The notes beneath the pieces were generated by a model that saw only the letters and a program-made list of their open reading frames with translations, was not told where the DNA came from and did not search any database. A stretch of DNA of 63,900 nt, filler included, from Hausera hauseri (Eukaryota), in assembly GCA_046269625.1 (NCBI GenBank). It is 12 parts of 12 records of this genome, joined end to end, with 100 filler letters (N's around TTAATTAATTAA, not from the genome) between each part and the next. Parts side by side here need not be neighbours in the genome. Positions count along the whole stretch, not along the records: positions 1 to 7,807 come from JBJURY010902868.1; positions 7,908 to 13,067 come from JBJURY010318605.1; 10 more parts are not named here. The stretch is one strand, 5' to 3'. Positions within the stretch are counted from its first letter, which is position 1, and every line of letters starts with the position of its first letter. The position numbers were made by a program, and so were the translations under genes. Positions 1 to 13,067 of this stretch are shown here, piece after piece.

Positions 1-1312
1 GGAATCTTAATTTAAATTTAAAAATGTATCTGATTTAAATTTAGAACTTCTGTTCTCCGTTATATCCTCACAATCACAAACCCTGTTGAGATATTATACT
101 TATGTATTCCCCTCTATATACACGCGATGAAAGCAGTCGAATTTAGATTAAGTTATTCCAAACTTCTTTTACTTAGAAGTGCTTTTACACCCACGAAATA
201 TATGACACAAGGCCCATCCTTTATTTGTCATATACGGTCTCCAACCAACACCGAAGTAGCTACATTATCATCGTTATTTTCGCACGTAAAAGGTTTTTAT
301 GACAACCCTGCTACTCCTGTATGGCTACGCCAAAAGCACTGCTACAGGTCATATTGTAAATTTTAACGTCATAGTTGCCGACATAAAGTATTTACCGGTC
401 GAATTCCGAACACAGAAGTTATATTTACATGCAACTTCAAAAAAGCGTATCGCCAGGTTTTCCGATGAATTCGCTAACATTTTCTTTATGTGGGACACTT
501 CACCATTTGAAGGGTCAATATATGCATCAGGTTTAAACAGCGATGCGCAAAGTATCCTAAAATTTATAACGTGGACCGAGTCAGAATATCCAACATTAAT
601 GTTGATTGGAAACTTGCAGCAGCAAGGCCTTCAAGGTTATACGCAGTTAGTCAGCGGTTTGAAATCATGGTCCGCTAGAGTTTCGTTAATATTTCGCGAT
701 GGAAAAGCGACAAGTGTTATACACACAAGATATTAGGCTTCTACTCACGGCTAATGCTGCTTTACCGCCACAATGCGTATACTTGTTTTCTATCACTCAA
801 ATATCTTATAAAATGTACGTCCATAGTCAAGGATTATCTATAGAATTAAAACTTCTGAGCAATCAATATGTTCTCCAAGTCAACAACAATGACGCCACAG
901 TCCTTGACACTCTGCGCTCAACGGTTGCAACAAATAAATACGCCAAACTTTAGTTACACTTGACAAAAATACTGCAGATTAAGTCCGACACCCTTCACCA
1001 GTTTTATCCGTCGTTGAACCAGGATTCTTATTCTTTTATATCTCGCTGGCAGAGAATATGTGGGTTTTCCAAACGGGCAAAGAAAATATTTATACCCTGA
1101 CTGTGAAACAGTCTGATTACAATACTCGTCACGTATACATGCCTGATAATACGCGTCTTTAACCCACCATTTCTGCGGGGAACTCGATCACCCAAAAGTT
1201 TGGGATTTGCCGCGGTGAGACTGAGGTTCCGGTCGCCCTCCCTATGCTATTGGGTCGGACGGCACCGTTCCCTGACGCCCTACGACACGCCCCTGGCTAC
1301 ACGACCACTCCG

Positions 1313-1525
1313 TATTCCATCTTCTTTTTTCTAATTAATAAACATATTTACATAACTGCATCATCACATTTAAACACTGCGGCTATCCACAACCTCATCT
1401 CCACTTTGCTTCGCTCACCTGACTTTTACCTCACACACCACGGCTCCACGGTACCTCTCGTTTGGACCCTGCAACCTTCTTCAACTTATATCCACCTCAA
1501 CATACATTTCCGTATCCGCGGTGGC
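1313..1525 (+). other. Ubiquitin-like domain ending in di-glycine, fused N-terminally to Gag (copy 1)
   Basis: ~71 aa YSIFFFLINKHI...DFYLTHHG...HLNIHFRIRGG; resembles the ubiquitin C-terminus TLHLVLRLRGG and the Sde2-type UBL pattern FYLxxNG...PRLxGG. Confidence 0.72.
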
Positions 1526-2584
1526 ATGAACTCATCGCCAACCATGGACACCACGGATAAAACCACCATTAAACCAAAATCTGTAATACTGCCTCAAAAA
1601 CCCACCCCTACTTCCGTTAATAACCCTTCAACTACTACTTCTTCCGCTCCTTTCCCTCACTGCACCGAATTCTTCATTGACAACCAAGGCTCCAGCAAAA
1701 TTTGATTGCAATTCCATCAGTTGTGGCTACAGGCAAAATTATCACCGATTCTTTAACCAAGGCACACAGTCTTTTCTTCTTACTACCTAACAATATTAAA
1801 ACATGAATTCACAATATTCTTGAAATAGTTTAACTTCCTGACCCATACTCACAGCTCTCCAACGCTGTTCTTAAAACCACAGAACCCTTAATGGACACTA
1901 GCATACAACGCTTCTTTCACGACAATGCTATAAGCACACAACGACCATGAGAATTTTTACACACCTCTTTAACACATCTACAAACCCTCGGCGTTACTAA
2001 AGAACACAACCTAGAACTACTGCGCCACTACTTTCTCAACACATTACACATCAAAATTCAGGCCCTACTTACCGTGGTGGAGGACTCCACGGCTTTTGAA
2101 AAATGGGCGGAATTAGACGATAAAACACATGGCGTTCTACACTTAAACACCCCACCAATAGTTTCGGCGGCAGTTGTCACTACCGGTATCCAAAACAATA
2201 ACATCAATAGAGCAACAACTAAATAAGTAACGTGCCGAAAATGCAGCACTACAAGCAACAATTAACTATATAAAAAACAAATGAAACGAAATTTCCTTGT
2301 CCCGGCGAAGGAATTTTGTTGCTGACTGCGCCCGTTCTGCATCTAAAAACCGGTCACTATCGCCTGCGCGGTCGTCAATCTGCTATTATCACAGCAGATT
2401 CAATAAGAATGCCACGAAATTCTGCCTAGGGTGAAAGTTTTACAACAAAAGTTTTTCTTCAGACACCTTTGTTTGCATCTACCATGCAAGGAAAAAACCA
2501 AGCTCGTAGGTGCATTCCAGGCTACACTTTCAAACCAGATACGAACGACGGACGTACTACCTTCTCCTTTTCAAAAAAACTAAA
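1526..2584 (+). pseudogene. gag: Gag (capsid + two CHCC-type zinc knuckles), disrupted
   Basis: Homologous to the open gag frame at 56366-57574; knuckles at ~2381-2433 and ~2470-2525; A-rich slippery-like tract TCAAAAAAACTAA at the gag/pol overlap. Confidence 0.8.
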
Positions 2585-2599
2585 TTTGCCGACAGAAGT

Positions 2600-4700
2600 C
2601 ACGGCAAACTCTGGCAAAGGCACTACTTTACTTTGTGAATGCCGACACGCCTTTTTTGCAGTCTTTACTCTAAAGCCTGCAATCACCGCTCCTATAAAGC
2701 ACTCCGTTAATTTCCTCATTGATACAGGTGCAGCGATTTCCTTATTACCACAATGTTTCCTGTACAAAATTCATCAATCAGAATAAAGCCCTGATACACC
2801 GTTTCAGGTTAACCGCTGCACATTTTTGGCATGGCTAAACTATCTTTTATTTTACCAAAATTTCCTTCACCTTCCCAGTGGACGTTCATAGTTGCTAACG
2901 TCCAGATGGCAATTCTAGGGTCCGATTTTCTATCACATTATAATTTATTGGTTGACTGCAGTCAGCAATGTCTGAGGAGCGGCATCGCTGGCAGCATTTC
3001 TGGGTATGCCTATAGCATTTCGACTACCGTGCAGTCCATCGAGACGCGGAGATCAGTTTTGAGAAAACCAAGCAGTACTTTGAATTTTCGTAATATTTCA
3101 CTCCGTAAATTTTTAAATAAACATATTGATATTTAGTCGAGGTTTGATGTCGTCAACTGTGGTACTGTCACCAACGTTAATTCACTTGACGAAATCACTT
3201 CTTCCAACAGCATTTTCAATTTGACTATCTTACACCAAATACCACTTGAATGCCAGCACCAAGCAATTCACAAATTGCATCCGCTACTACTCAAGCCACT
3301 TCACCATCATCACCGAATATCTGACAGCTGCCTACAACTTTACAGCAATTCGTCAATACATCATGTCCACGAGTACTCAAAAAAGATCGTTCGTTTACTC
3401 CTGCAAACAGCACTGTAAATCACATAATTACAGCATCAACGACCAGTACGCCAAAAGGTACGACCACTGTCACCTCGTTTTAGGCATGCCGTAGAAGCCG
3501 AATTTCTTGAAATAGAATGCTCCGGTATTGTCCGCCGTTTTAAATCGCCTTGGTCGTCACCTTTACACGTTGTACAAAAAAGGACGGTATTTTAGACAAT
3601 GTGGTGACTACCGACAATTGAACAAGTTGACCATCATGGATGCGTACCCTCTGTCACTCATTATGGACATCCTGCATCGCCTTAATTCAACTACCATTTA
3701 TTTGACTATCGATTTGGCCAAAGCATACCACCAAGTACCGGGGACTGCCGAAGACAAAGAAGAAACTGCTGTTACTACTGCTTTTGGCCTCTACGAGTAC
3801 CCGTTTATGCCATTCGGTTTGAGAAATGCCACACAAACTTTTTAACAACATATAGACTCAATTCTCTCAGATTTTTCGTTTGCGCACCCCTACATTGATG
3901 GTATTCTGATCGTTTCCTCTTCGGCCAAACAACACGCGGAACACCTTAGCGCAATATTCGAACGCCTTCACAACAAAAATCTTCAAGTCAATTTTGAAAA
4001 ATGCCATTTTATCAAACAAACGCATCAACTTTTTGGGCCACGTTATTTCGCCAGATGGATACTCTCCCCAAACAGACCGAGTTGAAGCCCTTAAGAATAT
4101 CCAGTTTCCACGTGCGACCACTGAAATGCGCAGCTTCCTCGGCACACTACACATTGTACATAAATATGTACCATATTGCTCTTAATTGACAGCACCATTC
4201 TCACACTTAAGCGGTGACAAAAACATCAGCTAATGCAGTGGACACCTGAGTTGGTTGACAAGTTTGATAAGTTACGCGAAGGAATTAAGACCGTCGACAT
4301 TCTCGCTTTCCTCAAGCCTGATAAGGAACTCATTCTTACCACAGACGCTTCAACCACTGCAGTAAGTGCTGTGCTTCACCAAATCTACAAAGGAGAAAAT
4401 TAACCTCTAGAATTTTTCTCTCGCAAGCTAACATTCCCTGAAACCAGATATTCAACGTCCGATCGGGAGTTATTGGCTATCGTTCTTGCTTTAAAGCATT
4501 TCTCCCAACTACTTGTCGCTCGCCATTTTACTATACAAATCGATCACAAGCCTTTGCTTAACATCATGGCTATGAAACATCCTTCCACACTCCAAGAACG
4601 CCAGATATCATACTTGTCGACATATAACTTAGACATAAAACATATTAATGGGGTTAATAATTTAGTTGTCGATTTTTTATCTAGGTTGGTTAGTTCGATT
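2600..4700 (+). pseudogene. pol: Pol (PR-RT-RNase H), disrupted, integrase missing
   Basis: Motifs spread over ORFs 2469-2786, 2831-3136, 3528-3845, 3994-4185 and 4473-4808. Confidence 0.9.
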
Positions 4701-6171
4701 AATTTTTCACCGATTTTTACGCAAGCTCAAATTCAACAGAACCAGATGTTAAACGTCGTTATAAAAAATCAATTTTCAATTTCAACTGATAGACGATTAT
4801 GGAACTGAAACGCGAAAGAAATTCTAGTGATAATTATGCGGTCAAAATAATAGCCAAAATTCTGAATTAAAATTGCAGAAAATCAAAATGTCTAAAATCA
4901 AAATGGCAGGAGTTGTAAAAAAAATCAATTTATTTAAATTCAAATTTCGAAATGTAAAAGTCACTGTACAATATTAAAACGTTTTTTTTTGTTTTTTTTT
5001 TAATTTGGGGTTATTTGCATGTGAAACGGATGTCGGTAAATGACTCTTGTTTCAAAGGAATCTTGTTCACCTTCACTCCCGAACCATTCGTTTGTACAGA
5101 TATCACAGGCATTTAAATCTGTTTTCCGATGCCGCAAATCATAATGTAGAATTATTTGATGAAGCAGCAGAAAGCAATAAATTCCACGGATTTTCGTCAT
5201 TTACACGCATGGAGTGCATTCTACATAATCAGCGGATTGCCCTAAATTTATTACTACCGATAAAGTTCCACAAATTTACTATAGATAATTCTTAGAGAGA
5301 ATAAGCGGTGGAACATATTCAAACATATGCCAATCCATTGAAAACCATTTTATTTATTTGCAAAAATATTAAAATGAGGTAGCACTGAGTCCGATTTGAA
5401 AATATTTAAATTGCAAAGGACAAGAATTTCATTGCCTTCCGTATATTTAAGTACCATAGCTTTGTCGTCTGACGGACGTTTCATATACAATGTCACGGAC
5501 GGTGTAGTATCTGGCATCACTACAAAATCGCACAATTCTTGTAATTTTGCTCCATAAGGATTAAACCCGTACGATAGTATGAATCATGCATCGTCATCTT
5601 TCGTTCGTTTAAATGTAACGCGTAGCAATATTGAATAGTTAGATGGCAATACAGAAACTCGGTTATCTTCTTGGAATACCTTGCCAGTATACGGTGAATA
5701 TTTGAATAATGCATCCAATTCATCATTAAAAACGTATACATAGAAATTATCTGGCCAGTGAGATTTTCCAATCAAGTTTATATGCAATAGAACCCAATCG
5801 TTTGTTTGTAATTCGCTCATTGTTTTTCCATTTCTAATTTCATAACGCATTACAATCGTCGTGTCATCTTTTGCATGTTAGATATGCACGAAGGTGTACA
5901 AAACTGCAGAAAAGCAGAAAACTGCTTATCATCGTTCTAGATATAAATCGATTTAACTGAATTCTGAAAATTGCCATTATTTTACACTACTTTTCATTTT
6001 TGGTATGAATATTTTGACTGTCTTCTCGAAATTTCATGACATGAGAATAGAAACATACCGGAATGTTCAATTAATTAGGTTCGATAATGTCTGGGTAAAA
6101 TTAAAATTGCTCAAAAAGTTACTTCTGAAACTCGTTTAAGCCAGAGCTGTTTGATTCTTTAATCAGAATTC

Positions 6172-6353
6172 TGTAGTCTTCATTATCACTCTGAATTGTC
6201 GTCAACTTCTCCATTTTGATTTTGACGTCAGTTGGTTTCGGCTTTTAAGGTAGGAAATCGGGATTCGTTTATGTGCTTGACGCGTCGGCAGCAGAAAACC
6301 CTTCCGTGCCCAACCGAATTGGCCGGAGGGCAACGGTCGACGCGGGCACCACA
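6172..6353 (-). repeat. Short (~182 bp) 3' LTR of family A
   Basis: Starts TGTGGTGCCCGC right after the PPT (same start at 26048; TGTGGTACCGC at 52181 minus) and ends ...GACTACA, an imperfect terminal inverted repeat. Confidence 0.7.
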
Positions 6354-7807
6354 TCACCCCCCACCGTGGCAAAGTTAGAACTATAACAGATAAAAAAGAG
6401 AAAAAAGGCGCAAAACGAAAAGTGTGTGTGTTAGCTGAGCTTAGTGTGTATAAAGCGTTGAATACTTTCGACTGATTTTTCCCTACTATATTGACTGAAT
6501 GTGACTGCGTGTTGTGTGTTTATGCAATGTGTCTGTTTGCAGATATTGAGGTTGGGGAAAAAATTGTTAGATTTTAGTGTAGGTGTTGTGTCGTGCAAAG
6601 ATGAAGAGGAAGGTAAAGAAGGAAGAGTGATTGTTGAAGATAGAGGGTCAAAGGTATTGAGAAGAGTAGTAGAAGACGAAGGAGTGATGACAGGCGTAGT
6701 GGTGGATAAAGGAAGAGAAGAAAAGGTTGGAGGAGAGACTGGAGTTGTGTTGAGTGAAATAGTTGAAGAGGAAGATGATACAGAAGGAGTGGTAAAGATA
6801 GGAAGAGTGGTAGGGATAGAAGGAGGAAGTGTAAGAAATGATGAAGCAAGACTAAGCGCGGAAGAGGAAGGTGGAAATGGTATAGTAATAGATGTAGGGA
6901 TAGCAGCGAGTGGAGGAGTAAGAAAAGAAGTTGGTGTATCAGGTGGTAAAGTGTCGTCGACAAAGAAAGCTGGCTTTAGGTTGGTGATGTGTACAGTGAA
7001 GTCTTTACCGTCTTTGGAGATGATGGCATTATGCGAGTGGTGCTGTAAAAGTTTATAGGGCCCCAGATATCATGGCTGGAAACCGCAAGGAGCTTGATTT
7101 TTCAGCCAAACGAATTTAGCCGTGTACAAATCTTCAGGTAAGTATGTTTTATCTTTGTTAAGTATCCTGCAAAACGAGTCTTTGCTGACTTCGAAGAAGT
7201 GATTTTGCGCCGCCCGTATCGTCTCATCTGTTGGAGTGTCATCTACCGATGTTAGTTCGAATAATGAGCGGACAGGAGCTCCAAATAAGGCTTCGGGAGG
7301 TGAGCATCCTGTAGAAGTGGACGGAGTGTTCCGCCAGCCAAGCAGAACGAACGGAAGAAGATTGGCTCAACTACTGCTGGACTCTGCGAGAATGCGTAGT
7401 GACGTTTTCAGCGTGCGGTGGAAGCGTTCGAGAAGGCCGTTCGATTGGGGATGATAAGGCGTAGTATGAATGTGGTGGATCCCCAATCGGTTAACAAGGG
7501 ATATGAACAGGTTGGACTCAAACTGTGGACCCTGGTCCGTGATGATGAAGCGAAGCGATCCCAACCTGCTAATCCATGTGCGAATGAAAACGTCAGCTAT
7601 GGTATCGGTGTTAGTGCTCTACAGAGCGATGGCTTCTGGCCATCGCGAGGAACGGTACATCATGGTGAGGATGAATTGATGACCGTTGTCTGGAGGAAGA
7701 GGGCCAACGATGTCAATATGCACGGACTCAAAACGCGATGTGCAGGGAAAGTGGAATAGTGGTGGCTTTAAATGCTTAGTTGTTTTGTATTTTTGGCATG
7801 CCACACA
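6172..7807 (-). mobile_element. Family A copy 2: integrase, S/T/P-rich tail, PPT and 3' LTR
   Basis: IN motifs RFESVHIDIVGPLP, ITDQGPQFES, YHPQSNGLLERFHRTLK; GPY module; PPT CGGTGGGGGGTGA at 6354-6366. Confidence 0.92.
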
Positions 7808-7907
7808 NNNNNNNNNNNNNNNNNNNNNNNNNNNNNNNNNNNNNNNNNNNNTTAATTAATTAANNNNNNNNNNNNNNNNNNNNNNNNNNNNNNNNNNNNN
7901 NNNNNNN
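7808..7907. other. Artificial contig linker (first of 11)
   Basis: N44-TTAATTAATTAA-N44 (stops in all six frames), repeated identically at 13068, 17928, 22804, 26911, 31246, 36483, 40656, 45008, 49165 and 57576. Confidence 0.99.
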
Positions 7908-9596
7908 TGCCACGCGTAAAACCCACCACGGTGTTTCAATTCTTGCCATTCTCTACCCCGTTTTCCTGGTTTCTTGCCTGTGATGACTGGTTCTCGTTGC
8001 CTTTTCTTCTTAAAACACAGTCAATCGTGAAAATTTGTCTTTAACCTCGGTATAATTTTTTTTTCTTCATCACCTCGTGCATTACACCCTCACTTATTAT
8101 GTCATCCGTGAGATTTACATTTTTCCAAGAAGCTACATTATAAAGGGAGTTTACAAAAATCCCCACTAATAAAAGACACAACGATGATTTAATGTAAAAC
8201 GGAATATGGCCTAGTCTTCATTTTCATTTCATGGATAATTAATCAAAATTTAACTTTGATAATCGGATTTGTTTGAAGTAAATTGCTAAAATGGTCAAAC
8301 GACTTTTCGATAATGGAGAGGAAATATTAGCTATAACTGCGAAACGAAAAGAAAAGTTTATTTGAAATGAAGTTCTAGTTGATAAGAAGAATTATAAAAA
8401 TATTTTAATAATTACATGATAAATTTAAAATAAACAGCTACTATCAGAACTGCCACCATTAACATACGCATGTCATTCAGTGAGTTTTAGACGGGATTTT
8501 TAAACTCGATTTTCTCTCTCAATTACGTGTTTAAATTTCGAATTTATTTTGCTAAACAAGTGTTTGTCAAATGGTGAATACGTAAATTGCACCATTTGAC
8601 GTTGTAGCAAAGGGGCTACATTGTGTAAGATAAAAACTATTTTAATTTAATACATCCAGAGAATTCTTTCGAGTTACCAAATATAAGAAAAAGAAGAAAA
8701 ATTTCGAAAGTGCTATTAAGAATCAATGCAACTATGTTGAATATCATGAAGGGAAAATATTGACAAATATTTCTATTTTTGGTTCGTGGTCAATTCTATG
8801 TGATACCTATGTTTTGTTACGGTAATTTTGTCTATTGCAATTTACGCATTACGGAAAATGTGACTCTTGATCATACTTTTTCCACCTTCGAATTAGGTGA
8901 GGCCTTAGTGAATCCTAAAAAAATCTTTCTGCATTTCCTTCACATTACTCTTGAATTGTTTAAAAAATTTGTTAAAATTCTGCCTAATGATACTAAAGGA
9001 TTCATTATTTTCCAACGTATATTCAAGCCAGCCCTTACATTTGCAAAGTTTCCAGCAGGTGTCTTCACTACATCTTAGATTCGTGAAGTGGTTCGAGAAA
9101 CTGACTTTAAGTAACAGTTTGAACCCCTTGAATTTGAGGCTTGGGAGCGTTGTTTGTCGTGTGCAAAAGAAACCTTGTTGTGGGATGTCGTTCATATTCC
9201 ACTTTTGCATTTCCACCTCGTCTTTCCACCTAATCATGGTGTTTAGGCAACGAGCATGGTAAATGGTTTCACCAAGGCAAATCGATGATGGGTAATAGAT
9301 GTCAAGGAAGCATGCTATTTATCTGCTTAGTTTATTTGGGCGAATGATTTGATGTTTTGAAACAATAAGCTAAGCTATGTAACTTTACTCTTTGAAAAAT
9401 TGAAATAACTTCAAATTGTGAGGTGCTGCGCAAATTTCAATTACAAATTTGACGTCGGGAATCTAAAGTTAATCTGGTAGGCATGAACCTTACTCACAAG
9501 AGACATTATTTTACTTCTAAAAGCAGATTTCGGTAACATTCTGTAGAATACGGTGATTTAGAACGCCGAATTCAAACATGTAAATTATTTTTGCTC

Positions 9597-11095
9597 TTAA
9601 CCAAAGGCACCAGTTTTCATTAATTTTACATCAAATGCCTTTAAATTATCTATACCTCCAATGGCTTTGGGCCTGGTTGTTTTTACTACTGTCAATTCAA
9701 TCTTATGGACTTCAGCATCCCATTCCATTTTGACTTTTACCATCCCCAAACAACCATCACTTTTCAAAAACGCGCCACTCAATATTAAAACGCACTTTGC
9801 TTAGGTTGTCGTATCGCCTTGCAAATCTTTTTATTGATTGCTGACACATGAGCTTCACTATCCAACAACGCATCGTCACACTTGTTTAACTTCGCTTTAC
9901 TCCACCACCGTCCGTCTTTCCCCACTGCAATTGCTGCATCTCGATTTTGTAAATTTTCTACGCAACCTCCACCAACGACATGTTCACAGCAGAGTTTCTG
10001 GTGTTTAAAGTTTCCTACACGTCATCGTCATAGGGCACCATTTCATCCTCATGGTCTTTATACATCTCTTCCACACACACACACACACACACACACACCG
10101 GATTTACCTGTTGAAGTGTAAAACAGTTTCTAAATCCGTATCCACTTTTGCCACAGATCAAACATAAGTTGTTTAAAGGGCAGTTTCTTCTAATGTGTTT
10201 ATGTTTTCCACAGCAAGAACAATCTCCCTTAGATAGCACTTCCTCTTTCGGCACTGGTAACTGTTTCTCCAGGCAGTAGAGCTTTCTGGCTTCATAATAC
10301 GCAGAGTGCGTTGGAGCCTGTCTTCTCCCATCTGTGATTGGCCTGAAAGGTTGTCTCTTGTCTTGAGCAATATTATTGTTCATCGACATCTTCATACCTT
10401 TCTTTTCTCGGATATTCTGTTCCACATTTGTGTATGACCGGTCTTCTGTCATATTCCGTGAGTTTCACGCATGGTGCTCCGAGATCTCTGTTGCGAGCCT
10501 TTGCCGCATTCCGGAAGTTTTCCTCACAGGATGAACTTTTTTGTACTCCTCTACGGTTTGGCTATCCTCCAAAATTTTAGCCTCCTTCCTCATTTTTGGT
10601 TTGAAAACTAACCGCTCCCTTAACACTTTTGAGCTAATTCGTCTTCTCAGAACTCCTTGAACGAATTATTCTTTCTTCAACTCGAAAATATTATCGTTTG
10701 CTTGACGCACCCTGATCTCAAATGTCAAAAACTTTTCTCCTTCTTATTGACACGTTAGCCAATTCGACTACCTAATCGAGAGGGTTCACATTCCTCTTCG
10801 TCCGACGATTGATGTTCCTTTTTCGTTTAAAATCAGTCCACAGAATTCTGGCATGTTCCGTTAAATAGCCGTCGAAAAAAAATTGTTGGCTTGAATCATC
10901 TTCCAGCCATCGTTTTGTTTCATCCGTCAATGAACCATCAAATAGCAGAAGTGAAACATCATAGTATTGACGGAAATGTTCGTTATAGTCCGGAGGACCG
11001 GTATTACCCGGTTTCATGGCCCTGGCCTGGTCGCCAGTTACGATCGGTTTGCTCGACAAAATCGGCCCATCGAAATCCGAAGAATCACCTGACAT
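9597..11095 (-). pseudogene. Degenerate gag-protease of a third LTR retrotransposon
   Basis: Two CCHC-like knuckles CSCCGKHKHIRRNC and CLICGKSGYGFRNC; decayed protease ALLDSEAHVSA (~9840-9875) and AIGGIDNLKAF. Confidence 0.65.
10072..10097. repeat. (CA)13 microsatellite
   Basis: Perfect CA run read directly. Confidence 0.95.
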
Positions 11096-11349
11096 TATGG
11101 TTGTCCAGAAAACTTAAATTACTCGTATGATTCCAAATTGAATATTTCCCCATTGATATGTTAGCATTTAATGTAAAAACAATTTTTCCCATTTTTGTGA
11201 GTGTTCTGAGGTCCCTCAAAGCTCCGGAGCCTGTATACCCCAAAATATCTAAAATACACACGTTTAATTATGGTAATTTACAGTGTTTACACAATCAGAG
11301 TTGTTTTATATGCGTCAGGATACAACTACCCATGTCGCTGCACTGATTG

Positions 11350-13067
11350 TAGTAAAGAAGCTTTCTGAAGATGATCAGTAGTCGTACAGGTTACGAAGTC
11401 AGTCATCAATTTCACTCCTCGTTCAGCCGTATTGTTCACAACCTTCACCGAACAGACGGAATCTTGGACACTACAGAAGTCATTGGTTTGGTGAGCCATG
11501 TGGTAGTTACGTTGAGACTGCGAATCAGTATATTGGACTCTGGTCTCACTTAGTCTGCAAACCCTGTATCTTGCTTCAGTTCTTGGAATACCGATCTCCC
11601 TAATCGGAAATATTCTGGAACTGGAATACCGTCAAGCCTGGATTCTATGCCCTGTTTAGCACTGTCGGTAATTGTTGGCTGCTTACTCAATAGTACAAAA
11701 GGAACGATCTCTTGTGCTAAGTACCAACAATGCTTGGAAAGTTTATTCAGGACAATGTGGGCAACATCATGGTCAATCCATCTGTAATCCATCGTGTCAT
11801 GAATAATCTGTAAGTCAAGAACAGGGCATCAGCGGCGTAGCCGGCTTTCATGCACAATGGCACGTAGAATAGGCTGAGAAATGTGTTTAATCTGCGGAAC
11901 TTGACGACAGTTGTGACATCATGCTCCATCTGTTTGGTGAACATAAACATATTCATAGCGTATAAGTTGCAAGCCATCCACCGTGCTTGATGAAGGTCAC
12001 CGGGTTTCATAAAACGATTTCCCCGTGGTGACGTTGTCCCCAATATCATCAAAGCGTTTGCAGCACATTCACGAAGTCATCTCGTGTAAATTTTTTCGTA
12101 GAATTGCATGAAAGAAATGCAGTGATTTCAGTTCAGTCAGCTAATGATCGTCAAATTGTAACATCTCAACAGGAGCTTGAAGATTAAAATGACACCATGA
12201 TTTTTTTTAATTTGTCAAATAGGTTGTTATGTGATCCTACAACATTGCCGAACATAAGTTTCTACACATCGCATATGAGTAGTTCCAGAATATTGTTCCG
12301 ACAAGGTAAGCATAACAGTTTTTTCCCATTTTATCTTCAAGTAGCTTTGCTGCCCCTCTCTACACCACTGTTGTTGGTTGTGATGTTAAACACTAGCACT
12401 GTGTTGATGGGTGAAATTTCTCAATACTCGAGTAAATGAAATGTTGCATCAACCTGTCACTGGTCGGTCGAGTCTGATAGAATTGGTATGTCTAACAATT
12501 TTCCTTCATCGTAATCAGGAGCCCCTGACACAATAACATCATGGCGTTCACTGGCTGAACAGTATGAGACAGCATGGATTGCATGAGCCTGTCTGCTACA
12601 CTTTTTATGGCCTTGCAGTGCATTATCTTGGTATGTTGATCTTTACCTATTCCGATTTTCTCATTTTACACGCTGTTGGAATGAACTCGACATTATTTTG
12701 TGTCTCACATTCGTTCTCCGATTCTTTCACTTCATGACTATAAGTGATTATATTCAATCTTTGTATTGCTATCTTTTGCATGGAAAAAGATGTCCAAAAA
12801 AGACCGTATGTACAAAGCTTTCTGTCTTATTTCTTTACTTTCAACCTTAATTTAAAATATTTTGTCATGATCGGACGTCATTGCTGCCCTTTCACTCATT
12901 TGATCCAAATAGAAGTTTGTCTTCTCTTTTTTCTCTTCTGACAGCAACCGACATTTGATAATTTCATCCATATCATCTGGTGCACCAATATCAAAAAGAT
13001 TGTTCAGTTTTGAAGCGAAACTTGCTATTTTTCCACCGGGATCTCCTTCGCGTTTTCTATTCTTTGC
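11350..13067 (-). mobile_element. Degenerate hAT-superfamily (hATm-like) transposase
   Basis: Motifs VSGAPDYDEGKLLDIP, FNITTNNSG (cf. FDTTxxNTG), LLCLPCRNNILELL (cf. LACRHHILEL), PGDLHQARWMACNLY, HCWYLAQEIVPFVL; multiple stops. Confidence 0.7.

Larger units (their letters stand above)
127..4700 (+). mobile_element. Degenerate Ty3/gypsy LTR retrotransposon, family A (CsRn1-like), copy 1: leader-UBL-gag-PR-RT-RH
   Basis: Gag (LLRHYFLNTL, AELDDK, CYYHSRF knuckle), protease FLIDTGAAISLLP...ILGSDFLSHY, RT CGDYRQLN / IDLAKAYHQV / MPFGLRNATQTF / PYIDGIL, RNase H TTDAS...DRELLA...IDHKPL; many stops and frameshifts. Confidence 0.9.

Noticed and set aside
7852-7863. Recurring TTAATTAATTAA as a biological repeat or CRISPR-like array
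   Set aside because: Always embedded in N44 pads; an artificial concatenation linker. ORFs containing X runs at linkers are artefacts.
8779-9300. Short ORFs with a YHARC motif, possible DNA-transposon remnant
   Set aside because: Only one weak motif; family cannot be supported.
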